A stretch of 64,000 bases of DNA from the NCBI RefSeq assembly GCF_000485595.1, contig NW_014577075.1:37021-101020 (forward strand), given 5' to 3'. The stretch is from Priapulus caudatus. Taxonomy: Eukaryota. The notes beneath the pieces were generated by a model. It saw nothing but the letters and a program-made list of their open reading frames with translations, searched no databases and was not told the DNA's origin. The translations under genes and the position numbers were made by a program. Positions 59,917 to 64,000 of this stretch are shown one piece after another (the stretch's first letter is position 1; every line of letters begins with the position of its first letter).

Positions 59917-61462
59917 TATATATCAAGAGTACATAATAGAGATATACATAATACTGTATTATGTACTCTTGATATATATAGCTATCTATACATATTTATT
60001 CGTAAATTTCCTTTGAGGAACACGTAGAATGAGATCCCGTACGTGCTCATCGCTCTTTGGGGCACTATAGCTAGGCCTGCATACTGCATGCGTGCTACTG
60101 TACTGCCGCAATCTACCGCGAGAGCTGGTAAATATTTTTAAGAGAGTAAGAGGAATATAAATATAAATATCCGACCAGGAATCGATTGTTAGCCGATTGC
60201 GATCACACGCCTATACAAACCGACACATATAAGGTTAGGGTTCTTATATGTTATGTATATAGGTACTTGAAGTTAGACACTAGTTTATGGTTCGCCGTCA
60301 GTTACTCTATCGTGCTGGCTGTTCGATCACCATCTCAATATTATTCGAACTGCGACATCCGGGTATAGGCAGAAAACTCAACAGACGTAAGATAACACAG
60401 GTTACATCTTACTTACTCCTGCCTATATCCCTATATCTCAATTAACACACACAGCCGCCACCGACATGCAATTACATCCACTAATGAGTCTATGCTAGCT
60501 ATCCCAAGATAACTATCCAGGCATGAAAAAAAATATAGCTGCAAGGTAAACTACAGCGCGCCCAGGGGGCGTGGGGATTTTAGTAGAGCGGCCACAAATT
60601 CGGGAATTCGACATAAAAATAATACACGCCACATTAACTGTGTCCACAGCGAACGTTTGCTTGCCTGAACTAATCACGAGCGTGGCGCTCAACCGCAAAA
60701 TACGGGCGAAAAATACGTCCAACTTCCTGTATAGTTCGGCCACGCACAGACGCCGCGGCGCGCTACAGGTGGTTACGCCTCGTGAGGATCAACGATGACA
60801 CACTCATACGCGCACCCACGCACGCAACTCACGCACACACGCGTACGCACGGACGCCCACACCCTTGCATCACGAAAGATGCTCTTCTGGGTCATGTTCG
60901 ATATCTTTCAGTAGAAACAATGCGCGCAGAGACAGCGACAAATGTGACACGTTCTTTATAATAGGTTTTCGAGTGAATACAGGCATCGCACAGACAATAA
61001 TATGAAGATCAACAATTCAGCTCGCATCTCACTAACGTCCGTATAAGAGAAGTAGACGTTATCCGAAATAATGTCGCACTGTTGTTATGCTTAGAAATGG
61101 GATTTTATATTCAACCACGTACTTCGCATTCTCTCTGGTACACCGGAACCTTATATTTACGCGTAAGATCATAGTACTTCGCTCGCCCGTACGTCCTTAA
61201 CGTACGTCCCGTCCCGTACGTCCTCAACCTACGTAAGAAGCGCCACGCACCCATAACATAACTGCTACCGTGAACATATCTATTGGAAACTGAATACGCG
61301 TGTATATAGTCATGTTCATGCTGCTACTGTATGTACGGTGTGTACGCAGCCACCTTCACCACCAGTGTGGCAGATCAGCATCAAATCTGGATCAGCATCA
61401 GCATCAGCATCTGGTTAGATTACGTATATAGCCCCCCCCCACAAAAAAAAGATAAAGACCAT

Positions 61463-61649
61463 GGGCCCGTTGTCTTAACATTAACTTTTTCTCTTAGACC
61501 GTCGTCAGAAACGCTGCGAAGTTACCTGAATGAAAAATCGTAGCAGATTTCCTCGTAACAGTACGAAACAAAGTGCTGTCGACGGTCTAAGAGGAAATGT
61601 TAGCGTTCAGACTAATGTTAAGACTAATTTTGTTTCTGACAACGGGCCC
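61463..61649. mobile_element. PIF/Harbinger-like MITE
   Basis: TIR GGGCCCGTTGTC / GACAACGGGCCC with 3-bp CAT on both flanks; internal CTCTTAGACCGTCG / CGACGGTCTAAGAG. Confidence 0.7.
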
Positions 61650-62057
61650 CATGTTTCCCCTTTCCCTAGGAGAGAATTGCACGCATCCATCACGTAATCA
61701 ACGTGTTCGTGGTCGTGTTCTATGACTGGTTCCTACATACAGACAACAAGCGTGAGAGAGGGCGTGTGCACATGACTGTAGATAAAACCCGTTAGAAAGT
61801 ATGGGCTGGAGTTTCGTGTATGGATGTTAGATCTGTAGAAGCGTATCAGACGTATAAGAGAGAAGTTCAGAGATGATACTAGCAGGCAGGTATTTGATAT
61901 AGACAGAATTGAAATTGGTCGCAACCAGTGGATCATGGTGATTCACGTATAGGCACACGACAATTAGGTAAGATAACGGGCATGAGTGATATCGGGAGTG
62001 AGGAACAGTAATTGCGTTTTCCGTCACTTCTGGTGACATAACATAGCACGTACGTAC

Positions 62058-62138
62058 CTGTTGCTGCGGGACTGAGCGATGGATACCGCACAGTAAGAGA
62101 AATGCGACGGCTACCAGTGTCCCCATCATGCTCATCAT
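62058..62138 (-). CDS. candidate signal-peptide first exon (MMSMMGTLVAVAFLLLCGIHRSVPQQQ)
   Basis: ATG, hydrophobic core, CAG|GTACGT donor phase 0, GC-rich upstream region 62220-62560. Confidence 0.5.
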
Positions 62139-62651
62139 CTCTCTCTCTCTCTCTCTATCACCCTCTTCCGAACGGAGTTATCAAATCGATCTATCCGGAT
62201 CTATCGACTAATCGATCGGAGGTATCAATCGGCGGACGCTCTCGGTCTGTAGCCGCACAACTTGACAGGTGCACCAGCACGCCACCACTCGCTCGCTCGC
62301 TACACGTGCAGTCTAGCGCCGCTATACCGCGTGCTATCGTCGTCTGCCGTCACCGCCCGACACTGCTACCGCCCGACACTGCTACCGCTACCGTCTGCTG
62401 CGTGTCGGCAGTAGCGAGCGTGTCATTCACCTTCACCCATCGGCGCGCAACCGGTTTTACCGGTAGCCATGCATCCATACCCAGAAACTCTCGCTCACTT
62501 TCTCTCGGCCGCCTGCCTGCCCCGCGGGGGCGCGGATCTCACGGGAATGCGCGGAGAGGATGAGCAGAAGGCGAGAGATAGAGGAATGGGAGGGGGGTGC
62601 AGAGAGAGAGACGAGAGAGAGAGGGGGATTGAGCGCGGAAGAGCGCTAACG

Positions 62652-62809
62652 CTCCATTAGGAGTGTTCCCAACTTTGATATAATTAATGATTAATGATTA
62701 ATGATTAATGATTGATAATCCTAATCCTAACCCTAACCCTAACAGGCTATAACCTATAACATAACCCTAACCATTAATGACATTACAGTTGGGAACACTC
62801 CTAATGGAG
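62652..62809. mobile_element. 158-bp element with perfect 23-bp inverted repeats and telomere-like core
   Basis: CTCCATTAGGAGTGTTCCCAACT ... AGTTGGGAACACTCCTAATGGAG around (TTAATGA)n and (CCTAAC)n. Confidence 0.8.
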
Positions 62810-62950
62810 TATCACCCCGGAAGAAAGCGAGAGGAACAGAGAGAATTTTAAAGGAAGGCGAGAGAGAGGGGAGAGAGAGAGCGCGCGCGCGAGAGAAAGA
62901 GAGAGCGAAGGAGAGGGAGAAATAACGAGGGAGCGAGAGAGAGAGAGGGA

Positions 62951-62996
<46 letters not shown>

Positions 62997-63397
62997 GAGA
63001 GGGGGGGAGCGGTAGAGAACGGGTTGAAAGACGAGATGCGCGCAGGTAGTCATCATATATACGGCAGCGGTCAACCGTGATGTATGGTGACGGCCCACGC
63101 CACGCCTACGCGTACAGTGGTCATCGGTTACAAACCCAGCGTCGCTCACCGACCCTCCTGCATGGCTCATGCCGGGCCGGTATCCCAACAACTTAGTTGG
63201 TTATCGAAAAAGTTTGTGGATGTTTGAGTGCCCAACATAGCTGCGTAGATCTTGTATTTGCCCATAGAATTAGATAGTAACCCTATATCTATATCAAAGT
63301 GTTTGCCACCGGAAAACGGCACGCTGGTCACTCTAAACGTCATAACTGACGTCACATGACAACAAATCATATGTAACCGTAGCTCTACCGGTGTAGC

Positions 63398-63452
63398 CAT
63401 AGAAATAATATAGGTAGACTAGGTAGAATAGGTGTCTCTATATATTTCTATG
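63398..63452. mobile_element. 55-bp micro-MITE with 8-bp TSD
   Basis: GGTGTAGC|CATAGAAATAATATAG ... CTATATATTTCTATG|GGTGTAGC. Confidence 0.8.
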
Positions 63453-64000
63453 GGTGTAGCTCCTTCGCTTCCGCTACCGAGGCTACACCGTAGCGCACTA
63501 CACGCCCTGTAGCAGGAGTAGGGGGCTACGCCGATAGAGCTAATGTAAACGCATTTCACCACAGGTGGCAGTGATCCCACGAACGAATGTCTGAGGTAGA
63601 AATAATTCGGACCTGTTTCCAAGTTACGCACTCGATCAATCGACGAAAAGATTGATGTTTGCGTTGTTGGTGAAGCCAAAACTACAGATGCCGACGACCA
63701 CGATCGAAGCATCAATGTACGCAAAAGAATCACATTATGTTCATTGTCATAAAAAGGCCATGATGCGGTATAGTGTGAGGCGTGAAACGGCCGTATATTT
63801 TAAAGTTATTGCGAAAAATTAATATTTTTATCGTCAGACGTGATTTCTCTATGAGTGATGCGTGCGTGGTTCCCTTCTAGAATTTAATGTTAGCCAGAAA
63901 ATGACAAAATATTTAGCGTAAATTTTATTTTTTCATAATTTTTTTTTTATGGATTATAAAGCCTTTTGGTTTTCGGCTTGCTTAGTAGTTTAATCAAAGG

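Overview
Eukaryotic (invertebrate animal) genomic DNA from a draft assembly, with two 10-N gaps and several stretches whose dense 1-bp indels look like uncorrected long-read gap fill. About 41 kb (468-41609, minus strand) holds one giant multi-exon gene. I traced 66 coding exons by hand using GT-AG sites and intron phase, giving about 3,400 codons. The domain order is signal peptide, C-type lectin, LDLa, 3x CUB, Sushi/CCP, EGF, F5/8C, HYR, GCC2/ephrin-receptor-like, 14 tandem EGF, LamG/pentraxin, HYR, Sushi, GCC2, EGF. This is the architecture of Drosophila Uninflatable (uif); the TM and tail exons lie beyond position 1. The most notable feature is that two EGF exons are out of order. Their only intact copy (5692-6297) sits inside a later intron where it breaks the reading frame, while the position where they belong (about 10.1-11.1 kb) holds an indel-riddled copy. 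This is most likely a misassembly, but it is testable as real exon scrambling. The upper 22 kb is repeat-rich. It contains compound microsatellites, a 10-bp satellite inside a TIR element with a nested TTAA-flanked Kolobok-like MITE, several small MITEs and hairpins, a perfect 1.66-kb palindrome that internal evidence suggests is an assembly fold-back, and weak exon candidates for a second secreted C-type-lectin-like gene or an alternative 5' end. I found no rRNA, tRNA, CRISPR array or intact transposase/RT.
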